From Nitrosospira multiformis ATCC 25196 (GTDB lineage: Bacteria; Pseudomonadota; Gammaproteobacteria; Burkholderiales; Nitrosomonadaceae): a stretch of 32,000 bases of DNA. The DNA lies in assembly GCF_000196355.1 (NCBI RefSeq), contig NC_007614.1, positions 3,060,001 to 3,092,000 on the forward strand, given 5' to 3'. Shown piece by piece: positions 7,053 to 15,150 of the stretch. Each line of letters starts with the position of its first letter. Within the stretch, counting starts at the first letter, position 1. Made by a program: the position numbers and the translations under genes. The notes beneath the pieces were generated by a model. It ran no database searches and was not told the origin of the DNA. It saw only the letters and a program-made list of their open reading frames with translations.

Positions 7053-8402
7053 TTACTTCAAACCATGGCGATTCATCAGATCATAAATAGTGGGACGGCT
7101 GACGCCCAGTAATTCAGCCGCCTTCACCACGTTCCCATCCACTCTCGCCAATGCTTTCATCAGCGCATTGCATTCCGCCCTGTCCCGTATCTGGCGAAGG
7201 TTGATAGGCTCAGCTGCGCTTGTACCGTACAGGCCGAGGTCATCCGCGCCGATTACCGAACCCTCTGCCATGATGACCGCACGCTTGATACAGTTTTCCA
7301 TTTCGCGCACGTTGCCCGGCCACGAATGATTTTCAATGGCAGCCAGCGCTTCCTGGCTGAAATTCAGAGAGGAACGTTTCTCCTGCATGCAAAACTTGTT
7401 CTTGAAATGATGGGCAAGCAGCGCGGCATCCCCCACCCGCTGTCGCAAGGGAGGAATGGTTATCACGATTTCACTCAAGCGGTAATACAAATCTTCGCGA
7501 AAACGTCCATCCTCGATCAGTTTCTTGAGATTCTGATGAGTGGCGCATACCACGCGCACATCCACGGGTATTTCCTTCCGACCCCCTATTCGCTCGATCA
7601 CCCTTTCCTGCAAAAAACGGAGAAGCTTTGCCTGCAAGGGCATGGGCAGATCGCCCACTTCGTCAAGAAAAAAAGTGCCTTCGTGCGCGAGCTCGATTTT
7701 TCCGGGCGTCTGTTTGACGGCTCCCGTATAAGCACCCTTTTCATAGCCGAACAATTCACTCTCCAGCAACGACTCCGGGATGGCTGCACAATTAATGGCC
7801 ATGAAGCGCTTCTCCCGCCGGGCGCTCAACTGATGCAGCGCCCGTGCCAGAATTTCCTTGCCGGTACCACTCTCGCCCAGCAGTATAACCGTAGCGTCCG
7901 AGGGTGCGACTTTTTCCACGTTGCGGCATACCTTGCTCAAGACGGGATCGCGGGTTATGAGGCCGTTGATGGGAGAGTTCATCTGGGCCTGCAACAGCTT
8001 GCGATTCTCCTGCTGCAGAGCATAGAGATAGTATGCCCGTTCTATCACCAGGCTCAGGATATTGGGATCAAAGGGCTTCTGATGAAAGTCATAAGCCCCT
8101 GCAGCGATAGCCTTGAGAGCATTTCCATGGTCCTGATTCCCGGTGAGAACAATTACCTTCGTATCCGGCACCAGTTCAAGTATCTGTTCCAACGTAGCCA
8201 AACCTTCGGAAGCGCCATCCGCATCGGGAGGAAGACCCAGATCCATGGTGACGACGGCGGGCTCATGCCGTCTGACCAGAGCAAGCGCGCTTTCGCGGTC
8301 GCTTGCCACCAACACTTCATAAGTATCGAAGCTCCAGCGCAATTGGCGTTGCAATCCGGGATCATCCTCGATTACCAACAGACTCTTCTTGTCCTGACTC
8401 AT
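7053..8402 (-). CDS. prsR: sigma-54-dependent response regulator, PEP-CTERM-box regulator PrsR type
   Basis: Receiver domain (LLVIEDDPG..., VVTMDLGLPP). AAA+ module with Walker A GESGTGKE and GAYTGA (a GAFTGA variant). C-terminal Fis-type HTH AAELLGVSRPTIYDLM. It lies adjacent to the multi-TM kinase and the PEP-CTERM-type sugar transferase. Confidence 0.88.
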   Translation of the reverse strand: MSQDKKSLLVIEDDPGLQRQLRWSFDTYEVLVASDRESALALVRRHEPAVVTMDLGLPPDADGASEGLATLEQILELVPDTKVIVLTGNQDHGNALKAIAAGAYDFHQKPFDPNILSLVIERAYYLYALQQENRKLLQAQMNSPINGLITRDPVLSKVCRNVEKVAPSDATVILLGESGTGKEILARALHQLSARREKRFMAINCAAIPESLLESELFGYEKGAYTGAVKQTPGKIELAHEGTFFLDEVGDLPMPLQAKLLRFLQERVIERIGGRKEIPVDVRVVCATHQNLKKLIEDGRFREDLYYRLSEIVITIPPLRQRVGDAALLAHHFKNKFCMQEKRSSLNFSQEALAAIENHSWPGNVREMENCIKRAVIMAEGSVIGADDLGLYGTSAAEPINLRQIRDRAECNALMKALARVDGNVVKAAELLGVSRPTIYDLMNRHGLK

Positions 8403-8447
8403 TCAGTCCTCTTATTACCGGTATTACGGTCCCTCGAATTCATTAAA

Positions 8448-10529
8448 TCAGCCCGCCTTCTGAATACCCACAGTCCGCGCTCCGTAAAGAGGCAGAATGA
8501 TCCGGAAAATCGTACCATTCGAGGCGCTGCTGCTGACTTCCACCTTCCCGCCCAATTCGGAAACGTACTCCCTGCTTTCAAAAACGCCTATTCCCATGCC
8601 TGCCGACTTGGTGGACTCGAAAGGTTTGAACAGCTTTTCACGAATGAATTTCTCGCTCATGCCGTGTCCCGTGTCTTTTATTTCTATTACGGCAAAATCA
8701 TTCTTTCGCATTAGCCGAACCCATACTTGTCCATTGCGTGCAGTGGCCTCAATTGCATTTTGAATGAGATGGCCAACGACGCGCTCCAGGCGTGCAGCGT
8801 TTGCATATACGGAAAGATCGGGATCCAGTATCTCGAGAACAGGTTTGAGTTCGGTAATGGATTTGCTTTTCACCACCTCCTGCAGCAACTCGGCAATAAC
8901 GAGGGGAGCAGGCTTCTCCGGCGAATCGCCACTGCTCAATTTTTCCAGGAGGCGCCTCATCTTTTGCACCGAGAGATATACGGTTTCTATCATGTCCTGC
9001 TGAAATTCGGGATTTTTCCTGTGCTTCTCGGCATTCGAGAGCAAGAGGGACAACTGTGAAACGAGATTCTTCAGATCATGCACGACGAAAGTCGACATCC
9101 GGTTGAAAGACTCGAATTGGCGCGCCACCATCAGGGCATTCGCGGCCTCGTGCTGCGCCAGATAGCTTGCCGCCTGTTTCCCGGCGACCTTGAGCAGATC
9201 GCTTACTTCCCAGTTCAGCTTGACCTTGCTCCGCGGTTGGACCAGCACTACGAAGCCGAACAATTTTCGATGCTGAATCAGCGGCACGACCAGCCATGCC
9301 CTGGAAATTGCGTGCAGCCATTGGGGCAGAGGAATTGCGTACTTTTCGGGACCTGCTGCATATTCTCCCAGATCGATTACCCATTCCTTGTTTTCCAGAA
9401 ATTGACAGAAGGGGCTGCTTGAGGACTCCGCCCCGCCTGCCGGCGATATATTCAAATGCGCGACGGGTTCAAAGCTCCCCGATTCCTTCCGGATCCACAA
9501 GCTTCCTCCCGGGCTTTCCACCAGTTGCGCCAAAGCCTGGATTACGCGCTCCTCCAGCCCATGCTCGCCTTCAGCGAGAGTGCGGGTAAAATGCAGCCAT
9601 TCTTCCCGATAGTCATAGTTGTAACTGAAAAAATGCTTACTGATGAAGACCCTGAGCCAGGAGCGCAGGGTTCCGGAGAATAGCACCGCCAGAAGAAGAA
9701 CGATTGCGCCAAACAGGAAACTGACCTGCATGACGGTACCCCAGCTTCCTCCGAAAAATCGAAGGTAGTAACCGGTGGCCGCCATTGCCAGCAAATAGGC
9801 GGCGGCACCAAACAGGGCAGCCGAATAAAAAAGAATTCGGCGCGACACTGCGATCCCCAGCGACCAGTCGGGATTGCGCGCAGCAGAAACCGCGATAAGC
9901 GGAACGACCAGAGCATTGATTATTCCACGTGCTGCCCATATCTCGGGATTGATCTGCTTGAGAAGCAAAGCATCGCTGTAGAGATAAAAATCGTAAGCAA
10001 AGATACCGCCGATGCCGAGACACGCAAACTTTATGCCCCATCGTTGTCGTAGAGGGGTGTTACGATAAACCTGCTCTACGAGGATCATACCCAGTATAGC
10101 CATGGCGAGACTTCCGACTATATTGCTCGTGAAGTCACCCGTTGCGTGGAACGCAGGGTCATCCTTCCCATGCGAATACGCCGTTATAAAAAGACAACCG
10201 GTGTATAGCAATGCAATGGCCGTGAGAACTGGGGAAGTTCTTGCCCCGGAGGAATTTTTTTCCTGCTGGTGGAGTCCCAGCAGCACCACCAGAAAACCTG
10301 TCCATCCAGCATTTCTCAGAATCTCCAGCACATCCGATGAAAGGGAAAGAGGAGCATTCTGGTTTGCCTGATAAGCAAAGAAGGCGGCCCACAGTACCGA
10401 AAGCAGGCACGCGACAAGGAGCATCATGCCATGCAGCCGCCCTCGCCAGCTTGTAAGCAGGAGCGCAGCCAAGACCAGATGCGCCATTCCAGCCATCGCG
10501 TAGCTGGCGGTGGCTACCGTCGTCAGCAT
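8448..10529 (-). CDS. prsK: multi-TM sensor histidine kinase, PEP-CTERM system PrsK type
   Basis: 693 aa with an N-terminal half of ~8-10 hydrophobic helices. H-box STFVVHDLKNL. ATPase boxes HLIQNAIEA, IKDTGHGM and GMGIGVF. It sits immediately upstream of prsR. Confidence 0.85.
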   Translation of the reverse strand: MLTTVATASYAMAGMAHLVLAALLLTSWRGRLHGMMLLVACLLSVLWAAFFAYQANQNAPLSLSSDVLEILRNAGWTGFLVVLLGLHQQEKNSSGARTSPVLTAIALLYTGCLFITAYSHGKDDPAFHATGDFTSNIVGSLAMAILGMILVEQVYRNTPLRQRWGIKFACLGIGGIFAYDFYLYSDALLLKQINPEIWAARGIINALVVPLIAVSAARNPDWSLGIAVSRRILFYSAALFGAAAYLLAMAATGYYLRFFGGSWGTVMQVSFLFGAIVLLLAVLFSGTLRSWLRVFISKHFFSYNYDYREEWLHFTRTLAEGEHGLEERVIQALAQLVESPGGSLWIRKESGSFEPVAHLNISPAGGAESSSSPFCQFLENKEWVIDLGEYAAGPEKYAIPLPQWLHAISRAWLVVPLIQHRKLFGFVVLVQPRSKVKLNWEVSDLLKVAGKQAASYLAQHEAANALMVARQFESFNRMSTFVVHDLKNLVSQLSLLLSNAEKHRKNPEFQQDMIETVYLSVQKMRRLLEKLSSGDSPEKPAPLVIAELLQEVVKSKSITELKPVLEILDPDLSVYANAARLERVVGHLIQNAIEATARNGQVWVRLMRKNDFAVIEIKDTGHGMSEKFIREKLFKPFESTKSAGMGIGVFESREYVSELGGKVEVSSSASNGTIFRIILPLYGARTVGIQKAG

Positions 10530-10551
10530 CTCGGACTAGAGTTCCTCAAAA

Positions 10552-11943
10552 TCATCTTCCACCCTTGCCTAGCAGGACAACCTCGATGGTTTCTATCAGG
10601 ATAATGACATCAAGGAACAAACTGTGGTTCTTCACATAGTAGAGATCGTACTGAAGCTTTTCGATCGCATCTTCCACCGAGGCCCCATATTGATAGCGAA
10701 CTTGCGCCCATCCCGTTATTCCCGGTTTTACGCTGTGCCTGACGTTGTAATAGGGAATTTCCGCAATCAACTGGTTCACGAAATAAGGTCTCTCCGGACG
10801 TGGCCCGACGAAGCTCATATCCCCGTTAAGCACGTTGAATATCTGGGGAAGCTCATCGATCCTCAGTTTACGGATAATTCTACCGACACGTGTCACACGC
10901 GGATCATCTGTCAGCGCCCACTGCGGCTTTCCCCCCTTCTCGGCATCATTCCGCATGCTGCGAAATTTGGCCACCATAAAGGTCTTACCGCCCTTTCCTA
11001 CCCTTTCCTGGCGGTAAAAAATCGGACGGCCGTCCTCCAGAAGAATACAAAGCGCAGTGACGGCCATGACGGGTAACGTAATAATCAACAATATGATGCT
11101 CGCAACCACATCGAAAACCCGCTTGATGGCGGTTCGGAGAAGGCTCTGATCGAATCCTCCGCCAAAAATCAGCCAACTCGGGTAAAGGGAATTGACGCGA
11201 ATCTTGCCTTGCTCACGCTCGAAAAAAGCCGCTGAATCGGTAACTTTGACGCCGTTCAGCTTGCATTCCAGTAAATCCTGTATCGGGAAGCATCCTCCTC
11301 TCCGTTCCTGGATCGCGATGATGATCTCCCTCACCTTGAGACGATTCACCAGGGACATCAGGGAATCCACTCTGGGCAATACCGAGGAAGCCGGGACCTG
11401 CAACTCTTCATCGGCCAGGGGAACGAAACCGACAATCTTCAGCCCCCTGTGTCTGGAACCCTCTTTCGCCCGATCGACGAACTCTCTGGCCCTTCCGCCT
11501 ATTCCCAGCACAATGGCCTGGGATTCGAGAAGCCGCAGGCTCGACCATTTAAGAAAAGCCGCGCGCGTCATGAGAATGCCGGAAAAAGCAAGAAGCATTA
11601 CGAGTCCCAATATGCCTCGCCCGAGATAGAGATCGGGCACCAGATAGAATATCAGGGTCATAATCCCGAATCCGGCCAGTAAGGATGGCATCAGGCGGAA
11701 CAAGGTATCCTTCATATCCAGCCGCGAATCGAGCTGATACAGTCCCATCGCAGCCATGCACAGGATCATGACAAAAGCAAAGGTGCCAGCTTCCGGTAGC
11801 AGCGAAGAGAGAGAAAATGGCTCAACGTAGTTAAAAAAACGAAGACCTGTTCCAAGATACACTACGAACATCAGTACGAATACTTCCGCGCCGATGAGCA
11901 GGACTACCGTTCTTGATATGTAATGATTAGAAATACGAAACAA
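10552..11943 (-). CDS. undecaprenyl-phosphate hexose-1-phosphate (priming) sugar transferase, PEP-CTERM/EpsB-like type
   Basis: 463 aa with N-terminal TM helices. The C-terminal bacterial sugar transferase domain carries RPIFYRQERVG, MSFVGPRPERPYF and KPGITGWAQV. TTG start with GAGGGG SD 6 nt upstream. Confidence 0.9.
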   Translation of the reverse strand: MFRISNHYISRTVVLLIGAEVFVLMFVVYLGTGLRFFNYVEPFSLSSLLPEAGTFAFVMILCMAAMGLYQLDSRLDMKDTLFRLMPSLLAGFGIMTLIFYLVPDLYLGRGILGLVMLLAFSGILMTRAAFLKWSSLRLLESQAIVLGIGGRAREFVDRAKEGSRHRGLKIVGFVPLADEELQVPASSVLPRVDSLMSLVNRLKVREIIIAIQERRGGCFPIQDLLECKLNGVKVTDSAAFFEREQGKIRVNSLYPSWLIFGGGFDQSLLRTAIKRVFDVVASIILLIITLPVMAVTALCILLEDGRPIFYRQERVGKGGKTFMVAKFRSMRNDAEKGGKPQWALTDDPRVTRVGRIIRKLRIDELPQIFNVLNGDMSFVGPRPERPYFVNQLIAEIPYYNVRHSVKPGITGWAQVRYQYGASVEDAIEKLQYDLYYVKNHSLFLDVIILIETIEVVLLGKGGR

Positions 11944-12028
11944 TTTTCACCCCTCACCCTGTGCCGTAACGGGCAAGACAGCTCGCGCTGCCTCTTTCAG
12001 CCATTTCTTTCCTTTTGTCGAACCGAAG

Positions 12029-12079
12029 ATCCGGCAGAAAGACTTCAGGTCCGACCGTGCGAAAAATTATCTGCCGGAT
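12029..12079. promoter_or_regulatory. perfect 10-bp inverted repeat ATCCGGCAGA-N31-TCTGCCGGAT in the leader of the sugar transferase gene
   Basis: Read directly: the arms are at 12029-12038 and 12070-12079, 86-136 bp upstream of the start codon at 11943. It could be an operator pair or an RNA stem. Confidence 0.3.
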
Positions 12080-12509
12080 TAAACGCACTGCTTAAAGTAC
12101 TGCCGGGCCGCCCATTCGATTCCCCGATGCCAGTAGCGGAGCACGCGCCGTTCCTGCAGTCATAAGTATCTAACTTCCTAGATTATGAGACATTCTTCGA
12201 ATGAGTATTCGTTTTCCGAACTGGATCGCCACATCATATCAATTTCTACAGCAGGGACAATTGGACTTTGGTACATCGAGAACTGTCCGGGCGCTGCGCA
12301 GTCTCCCGTATCAACACTGCGAAAACATGGAAAGGAGAAGTGGAGCAGAAATCCGCAGGAACCAGAGGCGAAAAGGATATTGGGATTGAAGTATTGGATG
12401 GATTATTGGCTATTGAGCAAAATCTTTTTTGAATACGCTAGCGCGTTTTCCAAGGTTTCATGCTGAAAAAGGCGCCGCGGTGTCAGGAAACCTGGCGGAT
12501 GCGAAACAC

Positions 12510-13175
12510 TCAATGGCTCATTTTCGAGGAGTCCCCGGGGTAGATGGATCCTTTGACAATCAAAGCCAACTTGAGTCGGTCGGCAATATCCAGCTTGCGA
12601 AAGACTTCCGTCAGGTGAGCTTTTACCGTGCGCTCCGTAATATCCAGCCGGCGGACAATCTGCTTGTTCGATTCACCGTTTCCCACAAGCGTTGCAATTT
12701 CATATTCACGTTGAGTCAAATTGGCAAGCAGTTCTCCAACCGCCTGTTTGATTTTGGTCTTTTCCTGGGTGATCGTAACAAGCTCATTCAGCAGATGCCA
12801 GCTGAGCGTCCTTCGAATCCAGAGCTCACCGCGCTGCACTGCTGTCACCACACTATGTAGCTGCTCTCCATCGATATCGCGCCGGCAAACTCCCTTGACA
12901 CCGGTTCTGAACAACGCCCACTCAGCCTCGTCCGGAAGGGGGTGACTCAAGACTATCACTTTAGCCTCCGGGTGCAATTTTATAAGCGCCGAAATTCCAC
13001 TTGGACCATTCAATTGCGGTAAGTCATAATCCAGCAGAAGAACTGAGGGCTTTAAACGAGCCAGTTCAATCTTGAGGGATTCAAGATTGGTCGAGCAGAA
13101 TATCGGAGACAGGGTGCGCACCCCGTGCTCCCAATGATACAGATCGTCCTGAGAAGCGCTAGCCAGCAGGATCAA
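12510..13175 (-). CDS. LuxR-family regulator with atypical receiver domain (VpsT/CsgD-like)
   Basis: 221 aa, TTG start with GGGAGAA SD. The C-terminal LuxR/GerE HTH reads LTQREYEIATLVGNGESNKQIVRRLDITERTVKAHLTEVFRKLDI. The receiver-like N-domain keeps Asp49 (VLLLDYDLP), but ILLASAS replaces the acidic pair and the conserved Lys position is Arg. It has GELWIRRTL where VpsT has its W[FLM][TS]R helix. Confidence 0.85.
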   Translation of the reverse strand: MILLASASQDDLYHWEHGVRTLSPIFCSTNLESLKIELARLKPSVLLLDYDLPQLNGPSGISALIKLHPEAKVIVLSHPLPDEAEWALFRTGVKGVCRRDIDGEQLHSVVTAVQRGELWIRRTLSWHLLNELVTITQEKTKIKQAVGELLANLTQREYEIATLVGNGESNKQIVRRLDITERTVKAHLTEVFRKLDIADRLKLALIVKGSIYPGDSSKMSH

Positions 13176-13202
13176 GAAGTTCTCCCGGAAAAAAACGAGT
13201 CA

Positions 13203-13688
13203 TCAGTGCAGCACTCTGTCCATTATCTTGCCCAGCATCTGCCGTGTCACCCAGATCTCCCCGCGGTCCACGACACGAACAGCCTTCAAAAAATAAAGAG
13301 GATCAGTCTCATGGCTCAGGCACCCGCGCGCTCCATTTGCCAAGGCCTGTATGATCTGCTCCTCCTGAACTGATTTATCAGTCAGCAGTAACACGAGCGT
13401 TTCGGGGCATGTCCGCTGTAAAGCTTCCAGCAGCGCACATTCCCTTTCAATGGATAAATCGAGATTGACAAAAAGAATACGCGGCTTGAGTTGAGTAATC
13501 CTGGCAATTACATCTTCAGTTGATACAAGGTTTTTATGAGGCTCAAGCTCATGGGCCGCCGGAATCCCGTCCAGGTCGGACATTACATCTGTCAACACCT
13601 CGATACCCGACCCTTCCTGCAAAGACTGTTCCAATTTCGCACGCCTGCCGGCGTCAGTGTCCGCTATTGCCACGGTAACGGTTTGCAT
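13203..13688 (-). CDS. stand-alone degenerate receiver domain protein, HTH-less paralog of the downstream LuxR regulator
   Basis: 161 aa. It aligns with the neighbour from LKPRILFVNLDLS / LKPSVLLLDYDLP through RGEIWVTRQML / RGELWIRRTLS. Asn75 occupies the phospho-acceptor position and the conserved Lys position is His. There is no DNA-binding domain. Confidence 0.75.
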   Translation of the reverse strand: MQTVTVAIADTDAGRRAKLEQSLQEGSGIEVLTDVMSDLDGIPAAHELEPHKNLVSTEDVIARITQLKPRILFVNLDLSIERECALLEALQRTCPETLVLLLTDKSVQEEQIIQALANGARGCLSHETDPLYFLKAVRVVDRGEIWVTRQMLGKIMDRVLH

Positions 13689-13765
13689 TATTTCTCCTTC
13701 CAGTTACTCTCAATATCCAAAAATCACTCGAGATTGCGGGTATGAGCAGGTTTTCAATTACATCT

Positions 13766-14566
13766 TTACTTCGGTTCGATGCGACGCAGCAGTTCCTGGA
13801 TATAGGTCGCAGGGATAGCATAGGTTATGCCGCTCGGATTGCTGAGCGCCGCCTCCTTCTTCCCCTTTACGAATACCATGTTGATTACACCATAGACTAC
13901 CCCGGATTCGGGATCATAAAGCGGACTCCCGCTATTGCCCGGATACGCGGTGCCGTCGAGCTGAAAAACCGCATAAATGGGTTTTTGTAACTGGTTGATC
14001 ATCTTCGCGTCGAGTTGCCGCGAATTATGCGCGGGCAAAATAATCGGCGTGATGGATGAAACCATGGCCCGATGGGTAACCGGATAAAACCCAAGGACCA
14101 TCCCGATCGGAAAACCGGTGAAAGCCAGATTCTGCCCTTCGCGCACCTTGCGCGCATCCCCCAGTTCCATGGCTGGCAGAGCCTCGCCGGAAATTCTGAG
14201 TACCGCCAGATCGTGCTCCTTGTCGATTGCAGCAATGTCGGCAGACCTGAGTTCGCCCTGTTTTCCTTTGCCGGTAATGACGGTATAGGACTCATGATTG
14301 GCAACGTCCAGCACCTCGGGAACAACATGAGCATTCGTAACCACATGGAGGCCATCATTCAATACAAAACCGGTTCCGAGGAAATTCAGAGCGGGCGAAC
14401 GTGTTTTCTGGAAAGTACCCACCCCTACGATCGAGGGCTTGACACGTTCAATAGTTTTGACAAGGTCGTTACCCCAGAGCGGGGTAGCGAACATGAGCAC
14501 CAAAACGCTGAGATATTGAACAGAGCCGATGTGGAGAACCAGCAAGGCTTTGCGGATGCGTATCAT
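13766..14566 (-). CDS. secreted trypsin-like (S1/S1C) serine protease without PDZ domain
   Basis: It has a signal-peptide-like N-terminus (MIRIRKALLVLHIGSVQYLSVLVLMFATPLWG). Catalytic triad contexts are TNAHVV (His), HDLAVLRI (Asp) and GNSGSPL (Ser). GAGGG SD lies directly upstream. Confidence 0.85.
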   Translation of the reverse strand: MIRIRKALLVLHIGSVQYLSVLVLMFATPLWGNDLVKTIERVKPSIVGVGTFQKTRSPALNFLGTGFVLNDGLHVVTNAHVVPEVLDVANHESYTVITGKGKQGELRSADIAAIDKEHDLAVLRISGEALPAMELGDARKVREGQNLAFTGFPIGMVLGFYPVTHRAMVSSITPIILPAHNSRQLDAKMINQLQKPIYAVFQLDGTAYPGNSGSPLYDPESGVVYGVINMVFVKGKKEAALSNPSGITYAIPATYIQELLRRIEPK

Positions 14567-14651
14567 CCCTCGAATTCATTTACAACTTCAACCGATCCTC
14601 TGAGACCTCCTCCAATTTCTTCCTGGATTATTCGCGCAGCAGCCCGCAGGC

Positions 14652-14909
14652 TCACCTGCATCCTTCCATCTTGTAGATGAAGTAACCGTCCTTGTTGATG
14701 GCTTCCTCGACATTGGCGGGAGCCTTTTCACTGTGGCAGAACCTGCACTCCCTGTTGCTAACCGTTGCATCGCCTTCGCCAACAGAAGTCAGCCACTGCT
14801 TCGCATACTCGATCGCTTTCTTGTCGTCTCTCGTGTTTGTGAACACGTCAAAGTGCATGGTGCGGCCATCCTTGGCTTTCACCCAAGTATCATATACATG
14901 CATTTCCAT
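14652..14909 (-). CDS. small conserved protein, DUF2024-like (85 aa)
   Basis: MEMHVYDTWVKAKDGRTMHFDVF...ECRFCHSE...GYFIYKMEGC matches my memory of the DUF2024 family pattern (VyDT.V...dG..mHFDv, CrFCH, GY.I..m..C). The family assignment is from recall only. Confidence 0.6.
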   Translation of the reverse strand: MEMHVYDTWVKAKDGRTMHFDVFTNTRDDKKAIEYAKQWLTSVGEGDATVSNRECRFCHSEKAPANVEEAINKDGYFIYKMEGCR

Positions 14910-15150
14910 AAGCTTTCCTCTTCGATGGGTTTCAAGTCTTACCGGAGTTGGTAATTCAATAACAGCACATAGACTATCACGGCAAAAGAAAAAGTGAAAT
15001 GTAGCGCATGCCGAGCCATTGTTTTTCTATGTCACTTCATTATATTGCCCCTGGCTGCCGCCGCTTCCGGTTTGGAACAATGCGTGGTTGGCATGCTAAA
15101 AACTTTGCTGAACACTTTTCAGGCGCCGACCTAGCCCGAAATCATCAGGT

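Noticed and set aside
8430-8443. An exact 14-mer, CCCTCGAATTCATT, shared with 14567-14580. Both copies lie just upstream of minus-strand start codons (prsR and the S1 protease).
   Set aside because: Roughly two exact same-strand 14-mer coincidences are expected by chance in 32 kb. In one copy the GAGGG part is simply the Shine-Dalgarno sequence, and the flanks show no extended similarity.
7326-8714. A 462-aa ORF on the + strand, antisense to prsR and the end of prsK. It is the longest 'extra' ORF in the track.
   Set aside because: Its codons are exactly in register with the prsR codons on the opposite strand. A stop can therefore arise only opposite TTA, CTA or TCA sense codons, which this gene happens to lack. 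The translation is low-complexity with no recognisable motifs, no SD and no independent support, so it is a codon-bias artefact.
11989-12003. Minus-strand TGGCTGAAAGAGGCA, about 50 bp upstream of the sugar transferase start, considered as a possible RpoN promoter for PrsR.
   Set aside because: The GG-to-GC spacing is 9 nt and the -12 element is GGCA rather than TTGC. A second candidate at 12089-12106 has 11-nt spacing. Neither is canonical.
12185-12466. A 93-aa + strand ORF (and the ORF at 11923-12165) inside the long leader.
   Set aside because: It has no ribosome-binding site, an atypical composition and no motifs, and it lies opposite to the direction of every neighbouring gene. It is probably non-coding.
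12466-12509. A possible terminator hairpin after the LuxR gene (GTCAGG-AAA-CCTGGC).
   Set aside because: The stem is short (6 bp with a G-U pair), and the T-run on the transcribed strand is separated from it by ~11 nt. It is not convincing as an intrinsic terminator.
15088-15110. TTGGCATGCTAAAAACTTTGCTG, which looks like a sigma-54 -24/-12 promoter upstream of the porin.
   Set aside because: The GG and GC elements are 15 nt apart rather than the required 10. The Pho-box explanation fits this promoter better.
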